From: an uncultured bacterium
GTDB lineage: Bacteria; Pseudomonadota; Gammaproteobacteria; Enterobacterales; Pasteurellaceae
Assembly (NCBI GenBank): GCA_905214375.1
Contig: CAJMMG010000002.1
Location: 39,299-103,298 of the forward strand
Direction of reading: 5' to 3'
Length of the DNA stretch: 64,000 nucleotides
Shown here: piece after piece, positions 45,070 through 55,122 of the stretch
How positions within the stretch are numbered: position 1 is the stretch's first letter
How the letters are laid out: the number at the start of each line of letters is the position of its first letter
Program-made: the position numbers and the translations under genes
The notes under the pieces: model-generated
Told to the model about the DNA's origin: nothing
What the model saw: the letters and a program-made list of their open reading frames with translations, nothing else
The model's database searches: none

Positions 45070-45149
45070 TTTGACTTTGTCACAAGCGGGTAAGAAATCT
45101 AATTGATATAATCCAAAATAGTTAAATTTTTAATAAATTAGAGGTCGGT

Positions 45150-46802
45150 ATGAGTGAAACTGCGATTACCATTAGTTTGCTTGCCCTCGTTGCCGTGATT
45201 GGCCTATGGATTGGGCATTTTAAAATTAAAGGTGTGGGACTGGGTATTGGGGGTGTGCTATTTGGGGGGATTTTAGTTGCCCATTTTACCACTCAATATG
45301 GCATAAAATTAGATAGCCACACATTACATTTCGTGCAAGAGTTCGGCTTAATTCTGTTTGTTTATACGATTGGTATTCAAGTGGGGCCGGGCTTTTTTGC
45401 TTCCTTACGAAAATCAGGCTTAACCTTAAATGGGTTAGGCATTTTAATCGTTGCACTTGGTGCAGTGGTGACAATTCTCATTTATAAGCTTGCGGATATT
45501 CCTCTTGATGTCGCGCTTGGTATTTACTCTGGTGCGGTTACCAATACCCCGTCTCTCGGTGCGGGTCAGCAAATTCTTTCCGAATTAGGGATGTCGCAAA
45601 CGACGTCTAACATGGGGATGGCCTATGCAATGGCTTATCCTTTTGGAATTTGTGGCATTTTACTTTCTATGTGGCTTATTCGTCTTTTCTTTAAAATTAA
45701 AGTGGATGAAGAAGCAGCAAATTTTGAAAAAGAAAGTGGTCATGACAAAGAAGCGCTCAAAAGCATGTCTTTGAAAGTCACCAATACTAATCTCAATGGC
45801 ATCCATTTGATTGAGATTCCTGGTTTTGATGATGAAGATGTCGTATGCTCTCGCTTAAAACGAGGTGAGCTTGTTATTGTGCCGAAAGCGGATACCGATG
45901 TTCAACTTGGGGATATTTTACATTTGGTCGGCAATCCCGAAGGCTTGAAAAAAATGCACCTTATCATTGGGGAGGAAGTTGATATCCCTGTAGCAAGCTT
46001 GAGTGGAGAGATTCGTTCTGAGCGCGTGGTCGTCACCAATGAAAAAGTACTCGGAAAACAAATTCGTCATCTCGGCATTCATCAAAAATATGGTGTCGTC
46101 ATTTCACGTTTAAATCGTGCGGGTGTGGAATTGGTGCCAACAGCCCATACCACCCTTCAATTCGGTGACGTATTGCACATGGTTGGTAAAACCGACATTC
46201 TCAACCAAGCCATTTCAGTTATCGGGAACGCTAAACAAAAACTGCTACAAGTGCAAATGTTACCGGTATTTATTGGGATTGGCTTAGGGGTATTACTCGG
46301 CTCCATTCCTTTCTATATTCCAGGTTTCCCTGTGGCATTAAAATTAGGGCTAGCAGGCGGACCGTTAGTCGTCGCATTGATCTTGGCTCGAATTGGCTCT
46401 ATCGGTAAACTCTATTGGTTTATGCCACCAAGTGCTAACTTAGCTTTACGTGAAATTGGTATTGTGCTCTTCCTCGCTGTAGTGGGTTTAAAATCTGGTG
46501 GTAGCTTTGTAGACACACTCACCAATGGTTCAGGTCTTGAATGGATGGGCTACGGTATTTTCATCACACTCGTACCATTAATGATTGTGGGTCTCATTGC
46601 ACGTTTATATGTAAAATTAAATTATCTTTCACTTTGTGGCCTATTAGCAGGTTCGATGACGGATCCTCCAGCACTTGCTTTCGCCAATGAACTGAAAGAA
46701 GGTAGCGGTGCTGCTGCACTCTCCTATGCGACAGTCTATCCACTTACAATGTTCTTGCGGATTATTTCACCGCAATTATTAGCCATTCTTTTATGGGTTT
46801 AA
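45150..46802 (+). CDS. yidE: YidE/YbjL (AspT) family transporter with TrkA-C domains
   Basis: Duplicated TNTPSL and MTDPPAL motifs; central soluble domains. Confidence 0.87.
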   Translation: MSETAITISLLALVAVIGLWIGHFKIKGVGLGIGGVLFGGILVAHFTTQYGIKLDSHTLHFVQEFGLILFVYTIGIQVGPGFFASLRKSGLTLNGLGILIVALGAVVTILIYKLADIPLDVALGIYSGAVTNTPSLGAGQQILSELGMSQTTSNMGMAYAMAYPFGICGILLSMWLIRLFFKIKVDEEAANFEKESGHDKEALKSMSLKVTNTNLNGIHLIEIPGFDDEDVVCSRLKRGELVIVPKADTDVQLGDILHLVGNPEGLKKMHLIIGEEVDIPVASLSGEIRSERVVVTNEKVLGKQIRHLGIHQKYGVVISRLNRAGVELVPTAHTTLQFGDVLHMVGKTDILNQAISVIGNAKQKLLQVQMLPVFIGIGLGVLLGSIPFYIPGFPVALKLGLAGGPLVVALILARIGSIGKLYWFMPPSANLALREIGIVLFLAVVGLKSGGSFVDTLTNGSGLEWMGYGIFITLVPLMIVGLIARLYVKLNYLSLCGLLAGSMTDPPALAFANELKEGSGAAALSYATVYPLTMFLRIISPQLLAILLWV

Positions 46803-46810
46803 TATACTTC

Positions 46811-46843
46811 AAACTTGGGGCAGAATAACTGCCCCAAGTTTTA
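46811..46843 (+). terminator. Intrinsic terminator
   Basis: aaacttggggcag-aataa-ctgccccaagttttt. Confidence 0.85.
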
Positions 46844-46954
46844 TTACTAAGCAGCATTACGACCATAAAACAATTCAAATAAAATCAGCCCCAAGCCTAC
46901 CCCTTTCCCTCATTCAATGATAGAATTCATCGCTTCATTTAGATAGGAAAAGAA

Positions 46955-47263
46955 ATGTCATTAATTGAATTTGTAATTGATAAACTCGATGATTTAAAAG
47001 GTACCGAAATTGTGCATTTTGATGTAAAAGGTAAATCATCGATTACTGAAAATATGATTATTTGTACCGGCACATCTAGCCGCCAAGTCGCAGCTATGGC
47101 CGATAACCTTATTGCAGAATGTAAAAAAGCCGGTTATGAAACCTTTGGTGAAGAAGGTCGTAATACAGCTGATTGGATCGTGGTGGATCTCGGTCAAACC
47201 ATCGTACATATTATGCAACGTGATGCACGTGAAATGTATCAGTTAGAAAAACTTTGGGCATAA
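46955..47263 (+). CDS. rsfS: Ribosome silencing factor
   Basis: WIVVDLG...YQLEKLW. Confidence 0.96.
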   Translation: MSLIEFVIDKLDDLKGTEIVHFDVKGKSSITENMIICTGTSSRQVAAMADNLIAECKKAGYETFGEEGRNTADWIVVDLGQTIVHIMQRDAREMYQLEKLWA

Positions 47264-47302
47264 AGTGCGGTCAATTTTGACTGTGTTTTAAAAGGGAAAA
47301 GG

Positions 47303-47770
47303 ATGAAAATCACATTAATTGCAGTGGGCACCAAAATGCCGGCTTGGGTTACCACCGGATTTGAAGAATACCAACGTCGTTTTCCTAAAGACATGCCTTT
47401 TGAACTCATTGAAATCCCTGCAGGCAAGCGTGGAAAAAATGCGGATATTAAACGCATCTTAGAGCAAGAAGGTAAAGCGATGCTTGCCGCTTGCGGAAAA
47501 GGTAAAGTGGTAACATTAGATATCCCAGGCAAACCTTGGACAACGCCACAACTTGCTGAGCAATTAGAGAGTTGGAAAAATGATGGTCGTGATGTGTGCC
47601 TGCTTATTGGCGGGCCAGAAGGCTTATCCCCTGAATGTAAAGCTGCAGCAGAACAAAGTTGGTCCCTGTCACCACTCACACTGCCCCATCCATTAGTGCG
47701 AGTTGTCGTGGCAGAAAGTTTATACCGCGCGTGGTCACTGACGACAAACCACCCTTATCACAGAGAATAA
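47303..47770 (+). CDS. rlmH: 23S rRNA m3Psi1915 methyltransferase
   Basis: IGGPEGL...HPYHRE. Confidence 0.97.
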   Translation: MKITLIAVGTKMPAWVTTGFEEYQRRFPKDMPFELIEIPAGKRGKNADIKRILEQEGKAMLAACGKGKVVTLDIPGKPWTTPQLAEQLESWKNDGRDVCLLIGGPEGLSPECKAAAEQSWSLSPLTLPHPLVRVVVAESLYRAWSLTTNHPYHRE

Positions 47771-47785
47771 CGTATTACATTACCG

Positions 47786-49762
47786 ATGAATTTAAAAAAA
47801 TTCTTTTCTGCACCAACCAATGAACCGATCCGCGATAAAAAAGCGGAACGGAACTTGTTTGCACGTCGAACATTGGTAGCATTCATCGGTATTTTAGCCC
47901 TAAGCGGTGTGCTATTTGCTAATATTTACCATCTCCAAGTGGTGAATTACGACATGTACCAAACTCGCTCAAATGGTAACCGTATTAAATTACTTCCGCT
48001 TCCTCCTACTCGCGGATTAATTTACGACCGTTACGGCGAGTTACTGGCAGAAAACCTCACTTTTTTCGGTTTATATATCGTGCCGGAAAAAACAGAAAAT
48101 TTAGACCGCACTTTTGAAGAATTGCGCTATGTTGTGGGACTCACTGATGAAGACATTGAGCATTTCAAAAAAGAGCGCCGTCGTGGTACACGCTATACGC
48201 CGATTTTACTCAAACCAAGCTTAACGGAAGAACAAATTGCCCGTTTTGCAGTAAACCAGTATAAATATCCAAGCCTTGATGTACGTCCTTATTTCAAACG
48301 AAATTACCTATATGGCGAAGCCATGACTCATATTTTGGGTTATGTTGGACGCATTAATGACCGAGATGTTGAGCGCCTAAAAAAAGAAGAAAAATTTGCT
48401 AACTACTCCGGTTCTACGGACATGGGGAAACTGGGTATTGAACGTTATTACGAAGAACAACTCCATGGTACAACCGGTTTCGAAGAGGTTGAAATTAATA
48501 ACCGTGGTAAAGTTATTCGTAAACTACGTGAACAACCAGCCACCGCGGGTAAAAGTATTCATCTAACTATCGATTTTACCCTTCAACGCTATATTATGTC
48601 GCTCCTTTCAGGTCAAAAAGGCGCTGTTGTTGTGCTTGATCCGAAAGATAACAGCGTATTGGCGATGGTTTCCACACCAAGCTATGACAATAATTTATTC
48701 GTCGATGGCATTTCTTCTAGCGATTACAAGCGTTTACTAGAAGACCCTACTCGACCACTTTACAGTCGTGCAACACAAGGGGTCTATCCACCGGCCTCTA
48801 CCGTAAAACCATTCGTTGCAGTTGCGGCATTAACTGAAGGGGTGATTACACCTAACACCACGATTTTTGACCCAGGTTACTGGACATTACCAAACTCAAC
48901 AAAACGTTTCCGAGATTGGAAAAAAACAGGGCATGGTTATACGGATTTAAACAAAGCCATTACTGAATCATCGGATACCTTCTTCTATCAAACCGCCTTT
49001 AATTTAGGTATTGATCGTTTTTCCATGTGGATGAAACGTTTTGGCTTTGGTATGCCAACAGGGATTGAAATTCAAGAAGAAGCCACGGCTAATATGCCGA
49101 GTAAAGAATGGAAACAAAAACGTTACAAAAAACCTTGGGTACAAGGCGATACAATCTCAGTGGGTATAGGTCAGGGTTATTGGACGGCTACACCATTACA
49201 AGTGGCAAAAGCGACCTCTATTGTGGTCAATAACGGTAAAATTCATACACCGCATTTAATGAAATCGGTTGAAGGTGCCACCATTGAGCCGTATCAAGAT
49301 CCGCTTTTATATGAAGATATTACCGATCCGAAACAAGCTTATTGGGATGCAGCTAAGCGCGGTATGTTCAATGTGGTGAATTCAGGTGCAGGGACAGGAC
49401 GAAAAGCCTTTATCGGTACGAATTACCACGTAGCAGGGAAATCCGGTACAGCACAAGTGTTCAGCTTAAAGGAAAACCAAAAATATAATGCGGCTGGATT
49501 GAAAAAAGAATTACATGACCATGCTTGGTTCACGGCTTATGCGCCTTATGAAGATCCGAAATTAGTTGTCACCATTATTTTAGAAAACGCAGGTGGTGGT
49601 TCAAGTAATGCGGCACCAATTGCACGCCAAATTATGGATTTCTACTTGAATAAACGCTTGCCACAAATTGAACGTCAAGAAAATACTGAAAAAGAGAAAA
49701 AGACGGACCAAACTGATTTAGATGCGCCCGTACTAGAATCTCAACCAAGTGAGAATGAATAA
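47786..49762 (+). CDS. mrdA: Penicillin-binding protein 2
   Basis: STVK, SSD, KSG motifs. Confidence 0.97.
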   Translation: MNLKKFFSAPTNEPIRDKKAERNLFARRTLVAFIGILALSGVLFANIYHLQVVNYDMYQTRSNGNRIKLLPLPPTRGLIYDRYGELLAENLTFFGLYIVPEKTENLDRTFEELRYVVGLTDEDIEHFKKERRRGTRYTPILLKPSLTEEQIARFAVNQYKYPSLDVRPYFKRNYLYGEAMTHILGYVGRINDRDVERLKKEEKFANYSGSTDMGKLGIERYYEEQLHGTTGFEEVEINNRGKVIRKLREQPATAGKSIHLTIDFTLQRYIMSLLSGQKGAVVVLDPKDNSVLAMVSTPSYDNNLFVDGISSSDYKRLLEDPTRPLYSRATQGVYPPASTVKPFVAVAALTEGVITPNTTIFDPGYWTLPNSTKRFRDWKKTGHGYTDLNKAITESSDTFFYQTAFNLGIDRFSMWMKRFGFGMPTGIEIQEEATANMPSKEWKQKRYKKPWVQGDTISVGIGQGYWTATPLQVAKATSIVVNNGKIHTPHLMKSVEGATIEPYQDPLLYEDITDPKQAYWDAAKRGMFNVVNSGAGTGRKAFIGTNYHVAGKSGTAQVFSLKENQKYNAAGLKKELHDHAWFTAYAPYEDPKLVVTIILENAGGGSSNAAPIARQIMDFYLNKRLPQIERQENTEKEKKTDQTDLDAPVLESQPSENE

Positions 49763-50877
49763 TGGAAGAAAAAGTGCCTTTATGCCTGCGATTATGGCAA
49801 CGCTTACATATTGATTTTTTATTATTTATTGGATTAGCTGCTATTACAGCCTATGGCATGCTTGTGCTTTATAGTGCATCCGGCGCCAGTGAAATGATGT
49901 TCCAAAATCGTATTATTCAGGTCATATTAGGTTTTGCTGTCATGATGATTATGGCGCAACTCCCCCCTAAATTTTATCAGCGACTCGCCCCTTACTTATA
50001 TTTGGTGGGTTTTATCATGCTGATTTTGGTTGATGCTATCGGTACAACCAGTAAAGGGGCACAACGTTGGTTAGATCTTGGATTTATTCGCTTTCAGCCT
50101 TCTGAAATTGTCAAACTCGCGGTACCATTAATGGTCGCGGTATATTTAGGTAACCGTCCATTACCACCGAAAATGAGCGAAACCTTTATTGCTATCGCCA
50201 TGATTATTGTGCCAACTTTACTTGTGGCTATTCAACCAGACTTAGGTACATCAATTCTGGTTAGTGCATCAGGCTTATTCGTGGTATTCTTAGCAGGGAT
50301 GAGTTGGTGGCTTATTCTTGCTGCAGTAGTTGGCTTAGCGGCATTTATTCCTATCATGTGGATGTATTTAATGCATGACTACCAACGCATGCGTGTATTA
50401 ACCTTACTTGACCCCGAGAAAGATCCACTTGGGGCGGGTTACCATATTTTGCAATCCAAAATTGCTATCGGTTCAGGCGGTATATCTGGCAAAGGATGGA
50501 TGCAAGGGACACAATCCCAATTAGAATTTTTGCCTGAACCACACACTGATTTTATTTTTGCCGTGATGAGTGAAGAACATGGAATGGTCGGTTTTCTTAT
50601 TCTGATGGCAATTTATTTGTTTATTATTATCCGTGGCTTAATAATTGCGGTAAATGCAGAAACCTCTTTCGGGCGTATTCTTGCTGGTGCAACCACACTG
50701 ATATTCTTCGTTTATGTCTTCGTGAATATTGGTATGGTGAGCGGTATTTTGCCTGTTGTTGGGGTGCCTTTACCACTCTTTAGCTACGGCGGTACTTCAT
50801 ATGTGGCCATTATGGCGAGCTTTGGTTTAGTGATGTCTATTCATACTCACAAACCTCGCTTTATGAAAGGGAACTAA
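49762..50877 (+). CDS. mrdB: Peptidoglycan glycosyltransferase RodA
   Basis: SEDS motifs GAQRW, QPSE, PEPHTDF. Confidence 0.97.
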   Translation: MEEKVPLCLRLWQRLHIDFLLFIGLAAITAYGMLVLYSASGASEMMFQNRIIQVILGFAVMMIMAQLPPKFYQRLAPYLYLVGFIMLILVDAIGTTSKGAQRWLDLGFIRFQPSEIVKLAVPLMVAVYLGNRPLPPKMSETFIAIAMIIVPTLLVAIQPDLGTSILVSASGLFVVFLAGMSWWLILAAVVGLAAFIPIMWMYLMHDYQRMRVLTLLDPEKDPLGAGYHILQSKIAIGSGGISGKGWMQGTQSQLEFLPEPHTDFIFAVMSEEHGMVGFLILMAIYLFIIIRGLIIAVNAETSFGRILAGATTLIFFVYVFVNIGMVSGILPVVGVPLPLFSYGGTSYVAIMASFGLVMSIHTHKPRFMKGN

Positions 50878-50930
50878 TTTCCCTTTTGGCTTTCTTATGA
50901 AGAGCACCGATAATCTTGAAAGTAATAAGT

Positions 50931-51791
50931 ATGACATTAAAAAACATCTTAAAAACGACCGCACTTTTCACCTTGATAAGCAGCTCAAGTTTTTCTGCTT
51001 TTGCCGATACGCAAAAAATGTATGGTATTCAAGGGGATTCGCTGTCGATTACTACGACCGTTCAAGCGCCACAAAGCTATGAAGTGAATGGTAAAACATA
51101 TACCACACAAGGTGATGAGGCAAAGTCCTATTCAAAAGAAGGGACAGCAAGTTATTACCACCATAAATTTAATGGTCGTAAAACAGCTAATGGTGAACGC
51201 TATGATTCGGCACTTTTCACTGCCGCACATAAAACCTTACCTTTGAATTCTTATGCGGTTGTTACAAACTTACATAACAATCGCAAGGTGATTGTGCGAA
51301 TTAATGATCGTGGTCCGTTTAGTGAGAAACGTATCATTGACTTATCTCATTCTGCCGCAAAAGAATTAGGCCTTATTGCTCGTGGTACAGGGCAAGTAAG
51401 AATTGAAGCTTTACATGTGGATCACAAAGGTCAAATTTCAGGTGCGGGAGCAAAAACGCTTGCCAAGCATGCTAAAACGCAAGAAGCCAGTGAGCGTTTA
51501 GTCGTCAATAAAAATAGCGAAAAAAAAAATCAAAACTTAGACAGCACAAACGATGCAAAAACTGTTTTCAAGCTAAAACTACTCGCGCTGTCGTCAAAAA
51601 GCCAAGCAGAAAGCATCATCACAAAACTCGCGTTAGATGACATCAAAACGGAAATTAACCAAAATGGGCAAAACTATGAAATCCATTTTGGCCCATTAGC
51701 GGATCAAGCGGATATTAATCAATTAAAAACAAAATTACAAAAAACGATCAATGGGCAACCCGTAATCGTTTATACTTATAAAAACCAATAA
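50931..51791 (+). CDS. rlpA: Septal lytic transglycosylase RlpA family
   Basis: ASYY...TAAHKTLP...INDRGPF...IDLS plus a C-terminal SPOR-like domain. Confidence 0.92.
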   Translation: MTLKNILKTTALFTLISSSSFSAFADTQKMYGIQGDSLSITTTVQAPQSYEVNGKTYTTQGDEAKSYSKEGTASYYHHKFNGRKTANGERYDSALFTAAHKTLPLNSYAVVTNLHNNRKVIVRINDRGPFSEKRIIDLSHSAAKELGLIARGTGQVRIEALHVDHKGQISGAGAKTLAKHAKTQEASERLVVNKNSEKKNQNLDSTNDAKTVFKLKLLALSSKSQAESIITKLALDDIKTEINQNGQNYEIHFGPLADQADINQLKTKLQKTINGQPVIVYTYKNQ

Positions 51792-51809
51792 GCTATTAAA
51801 GGAAATGCT

Positions 51810-52997
51810 ATGTTAAAACAATCTGCAAAATTGAAAAAAATTGTACTCTTCTCGGGATTAATAGCAGCGTCAACATTTGCTGCCGCTGAAGATATTCAAT
51901 ACGGTATCGCTGTACCGGAAGTGAATGCGCAAACTTATGTTTTAATGGATTACAATTCTGGTGCGGTACTTGCATCACTTAACCCAGACCAACGCCAATA
52001 CCCTGCCTCATTAACAAAAATGATGACTAGCTATGTGGTTGGTGCTGCATTAAAACAAGGTAAAATCCATAATGAAGATATGGTGACAATTAGCGAAAGC
52101 GCTTGGGGTAGAAATTTCCCTGATTCATCAAAAATGTTCTTAAATTTAAATCAACAAGTGTCTGTGGGTGATTTAAACAAAGGGATTATCATTGTTTCTG
52201 GTAATGATGCCTGTGTTGCTGTAGCTGAACATATTTCGGGTACCGTGGCTAACTTCGTTGATACCATGAATAAATACGTTCAACAATTTGGCTTAAAAAA
52301 TACTAACTTCACCACACCACATGGTTTAGATGATCCAAACCAATATTCGACTGCACGTGATATGGCGATTATTGGTGCGCATATTATTCGTGATTTACCG
52401 GAAGAATATAAAATCTACGCAGAAAAAGACTTTACTTTCAACAAAATCAAACAACCTAACCGTAATGGCTTATTATGGGATAAAACCATTAACGTGGATG
52501 GTATGAAAACCGGTCACACAAGCCAAGCAGGTTATAACCTTGTCGCATCAGCAACAAGTCCAAACAATATGCGTTTAATTTCTGTTGTAATGGGTGTACC
52601 AACCTATAAAGGTCGTGAAGTAGAAAGTAAAAAACTCTTACAATGGGGTTTTGCTAACTTTGAAACCTTAAAAACTCAAAAAGCAGGTGAAGAAATTTCA
52701 AAACAATCTGTTTACTACGGTGATAAAGGTGACGTTAAACTTGGTGTCTTAGAAGATGGCTTTATCACTGTGCCAAAAGGTAAACAAACTGACTTAAAAG
52801 CACGTTATGAATTAGATAACAAATACTTACAAGCACCTTTAGCAAAAGGCCAAGTGGTAGGTAAAATCGTTTATCAATTAGACGGCAAAGATGTCGCTAC
52901 CGTAAATCTTCAAGCATTAGAAGATGTACAAGAAGGCGGCTTCTTAGGTAAAGGTTGGGACTGGTTAGTGTTAACGGTTAAAGGATTATTTGACTAA
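51810..52997 (+). CDS. dacA: D-Ala-D-Ala carboxypeptidase PBP5
   Basis: SLTK, SGN, KTG. Confidence 0.95.
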   Translation: MLKQSAKLKKIVLFSGLIAASTFAAAEDIQYGIAVPEVNAQTYVLMDYNSGAVLASLNPDQRQYPASLTKMMTSYVVGAALKQGKIHNEDMVTISESAWGRNFPDSSKMFLNLNQQVSVGDLNKGIIIVSGNDACVAVAEHISGTVANFVDTMNKYVQQFGLKNTNFTTPHGLDDPNQYSTARDMAIIGAHIIRDLPEEYKIYAEKDFTFNKIKQPNRNGLLWDKTINVDGMKTGHTSQAGYNLVASATSPNNMRLISVVMGVPTYKGREVESKKLLQWGFANFETLKTQKAGEEISKQSVYYGDKGDVKLGVLEDGFITVPKGKQTDLKARYELDNKYLQAPLAKGQVVGKIVYQLDGKDVATVNLQALEDVQEGGFLGKGWDWLVLTVKGLFD

Positions 52998-53001
52998 ACA
53001 C

Positions 53002-53029
53002 CTTGAAAATTAACCGCACTTCCCCATTT
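53002..53029 (+). promoter_or_regulatory. sigma32 (RpoH) promoter for ybeD-lipB
   Basis: CTTGAAA-13 bp-CCCCATTT, exact consensus; ybeD is sigma32-regulated in E. coli. Confidence 0.8.
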
Positions 53030-53105
53030 ATATCACATCAATAAATTCGTAAGGTGTGTGAATTTAGATGATTCACACACCTTATTCTTAAATTAAGGAA
53101 ACAAC

Positions 53106-53384
53106 ATGGCAACCGAAAACGATTATGAAAAACTAAAAGAAGTAATGGAATTCCCAGCTGCAATGACATTTAAAGTCGCAGGCGTTAACCGCGAGGGGTT
53201 AGCACAAGACATCATCGCGGTGATACAAAAATATTTACCGGGTGATTATATTCCAAAGGAAAAACGCAGTAGTAAAGGCACTTATAATTCAGTTTCGATT
53301 GATATCGTGGCGCAAAATTTTGAGCAAGTAGAGACACTCTATAAAGAACTTGCAAAAGTTGAAGGCGTCAAAATGGTTATCTAA
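53106..53384 (+). CDS. ybeD: YbeD (DUF493)
   Basis: EFP...[11 protein letters not shown]; between dacA and lipB. Confidence 0.93.
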   Translation: MATENDYEKLKEVMEFPAAMTFKVAGVNREGLAQDIIAVIQKYLPGDYIPKEKRSSKGTYNSVSIDIVAQNFEQVETLYKELAKVEGVKMVI

Positions 53385-53385
53385 G

Positions 53386-54027
53386 ATGAGCAATACTGAT
53401 TTAATTGTCCGTCAACTAGGATTACAAGATTATCAGGAAATCTGGCATAAAATGCAGGAATTCACGGATAATCGAAATGCAGAAACCACCGATGAAATTT
53501 GGGTAGTTGAGCATCATCCTGTTTTCACACAAGGCCAAGCAGGCAAACCAGAGCACTTATTACAAAGTAGTAATATACCTGTTGTTCAATCGGATCGCGG
53601 TGGTCAAATTACTTATCATGGCCCAGGTCAGCAGGTCATGTATGTGCTCATTGATATTAAACGTCATGAACATTTAAATGTTCGCCAATTAGTGACCGCA
53701 CTTGAACAATCTGTTGTAAAAACCCTTGCAGACTATGGTATTGAAGGTTATCCCAAACCAGATGCACCTGGCGTGTATATTGATGGCAAAAAAATCTGTT
53801 CATTAGGTTTACGCATTCGAAAAGGCTGCTCTTTCCATGGGCTTGCGTTTAATATCAATATGGATCTCAATCCTTTCCACTACATTAATCCTTGCGGCTA
53901 TGCAGGGCTTGAAATGTGTCAGCTTGCTGATTTTATCGGTAAAGAAGAGGCAACACTTGACAAGGTTTCCCCAAAATTAATTAAACACTTTGCCGAACTT
54001 TTGGGCTATAATGTTACAAATTTATAA
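53386..54027 (+). CDS. lipB: Lipoyl(octanoyl) transferase
   Basis: [17 protein letters not shown]. Confidence 0.97.
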   Translation: MSNTDLIVRQLGLQDYQEIWHKMQEFTDNRNAETTDEIWVVEHHPVFTQGQAGKPEHLLQSSNIPVVQSDRGGQITYHGPGQQVMYVLIDIKRHEHLNVRQLVTALEQSVVKTLADYGIEGYPKPDAPGVYIDGKKICSLGLRIRKGCSFHGLAFNINMDLNPFHYINPCGYAGLEMCQLADFIGKEEATLDKVSPKLIKHFAELLGYNVTNL

Positions 54028-54049
54028 CATTCACTTTTATAACTCATTT

Positions 54050-54074
54050 AAAAATGCCTGAATCAGGCATTTTT
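54050..54074 (+). terminator. Hairpin/terminator between lipB and lipA
   Basis: aaaaatgcctga-a-tcaggcattttt. Confidence 0.6.
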
Positions 54075-54089
54075 CTTTAGGAAAGAACA

Positions 54090-55052
54090 ATGTCAACGCC
54101 TTTTAAAATGGAACGCGGTGTGAAATACCGTGATGCAGCCAAAACATCAATTATCCCTGTTAAAAACATCGATCCTAATCAAGAATTATTGAAAAAGCCG
54201 GAATGGATGAAAATCAAATTGCCATCTAGCTCATTAAAGATCGAGACTATCAAAAACGGGATGCGTCGTCATGGGCTACATTCTGTCTGCGAAGAAGCGT
54301 CTTGTCCAAATTTACACGAGTGCTTTAACCATGGTACAGCAACCTTTATGATCTTAGGGGCGATTTGTACTCGTCGTTGCCCTTTCTGTGATGTTGCACA
54401 TGGTAAACCATTACCACCCGATCCAGATGAACCACGTAAATTAGCTGAAACTATCCAAGATATGAAGTTGAAATATGTGGTGATTACCTCTGTAGACCGT
54501 GATGATTTACCTGATCGTGGTGCAGGTCATTTTGCTGAATGTGTAAAAGAAGTGCGTGCATTAAACCCTGGCATCAAAATTGAGATTTTGGTTCCTGATT
54601 TCCGAGGACGTATTACTCAAGCCTTAGAAAAATTAAAAGACAATCCACCGGATGTGTTCAACCACAACTTGGAAAATGTGCCACGTTTGTATAAAGAAAT
54701 TCGTCCTGGCGCTGATTATCAGTGGTCTTTAAAATTGCTTCATGATTTCAAAGAAATGTTCCCAAACATCCCAACTAAATCAGGTTTAATGGTTGGATTA
54801 GGTGAAACTAATGAAGAAATTCTTCAAGTCATGGAAGACTTACGTGCAAACGGCGTAACCATGCTTACACTGGGTCAATATCTTCAACCTAGTCGCCATC
54901 ACTTACCGGTTGCGCGCTATGTGCCACCAGCCGAATTTGATGAGTTCCGTGATAAAGCCAACGCAATGGGCTTTGAACACGCAGCCTGTGGCCCATTTGT
55001 TCGCTCTTCCTACCATGCTGATTTACAAGCAAGTGGTGGATTAGTGAAGTAA
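54090..55052 (+). CDS. lipA: Lipoyl synthase
   Basis: [12 protein letters not shown] and [12 protein letters not shown]. Confidence 0.98.
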   Translation: MSTPFKMERGVKYRDAAKTSIIPVKNIDPNQELLKKPEWMKIKLPSSSLKIETIKNGMRRHGLHSVCEEASCPNLHECFNHGTATFMILGAICTRRCPFCDVAHGKPLPPDPDEPRKLAETIQDMKLKYVVITSVDRDDLPDRGAGHFAECVKEVRALNPGIKIEILVPDFRGRITQALEKLKDNPPDVFNHNLENVPRLYKEIRPGADYQWSLKLLHDFKEMFPNIPTKSGLMVGLGETNEEILQVMEDLRANGVTMLTLGQYLQPSRHHLPVARYVPPAEFDEFRDKANAMGFEHAACGPFVRSSYHADLQASGGLVK

Positions 55053-55065
55053 TCAAAAACAGATA

Positions 55066-55107
55066 AAAAAATGACCGCACTTTGAATCTCAAGTGCGGTC
55101 ATTTTTT
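55066..55107. terminator. USS-dyad bidirectional terminator
   Basis: aaaaaatgaccgcactt-tgaatctc-aagtgcggtcatttttt. Confidence 0.85.
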
Positions 55108-55122
55108 ATATTATCCTTTCAA

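Noticed and set aside
47239..47679. 146-aa antisense ORF over rlmH, and similar short overlapping ORFs elsewhere
   Set aside because: No recognisable motifs; they lie largely within well-conserved genes on another frame or strand.
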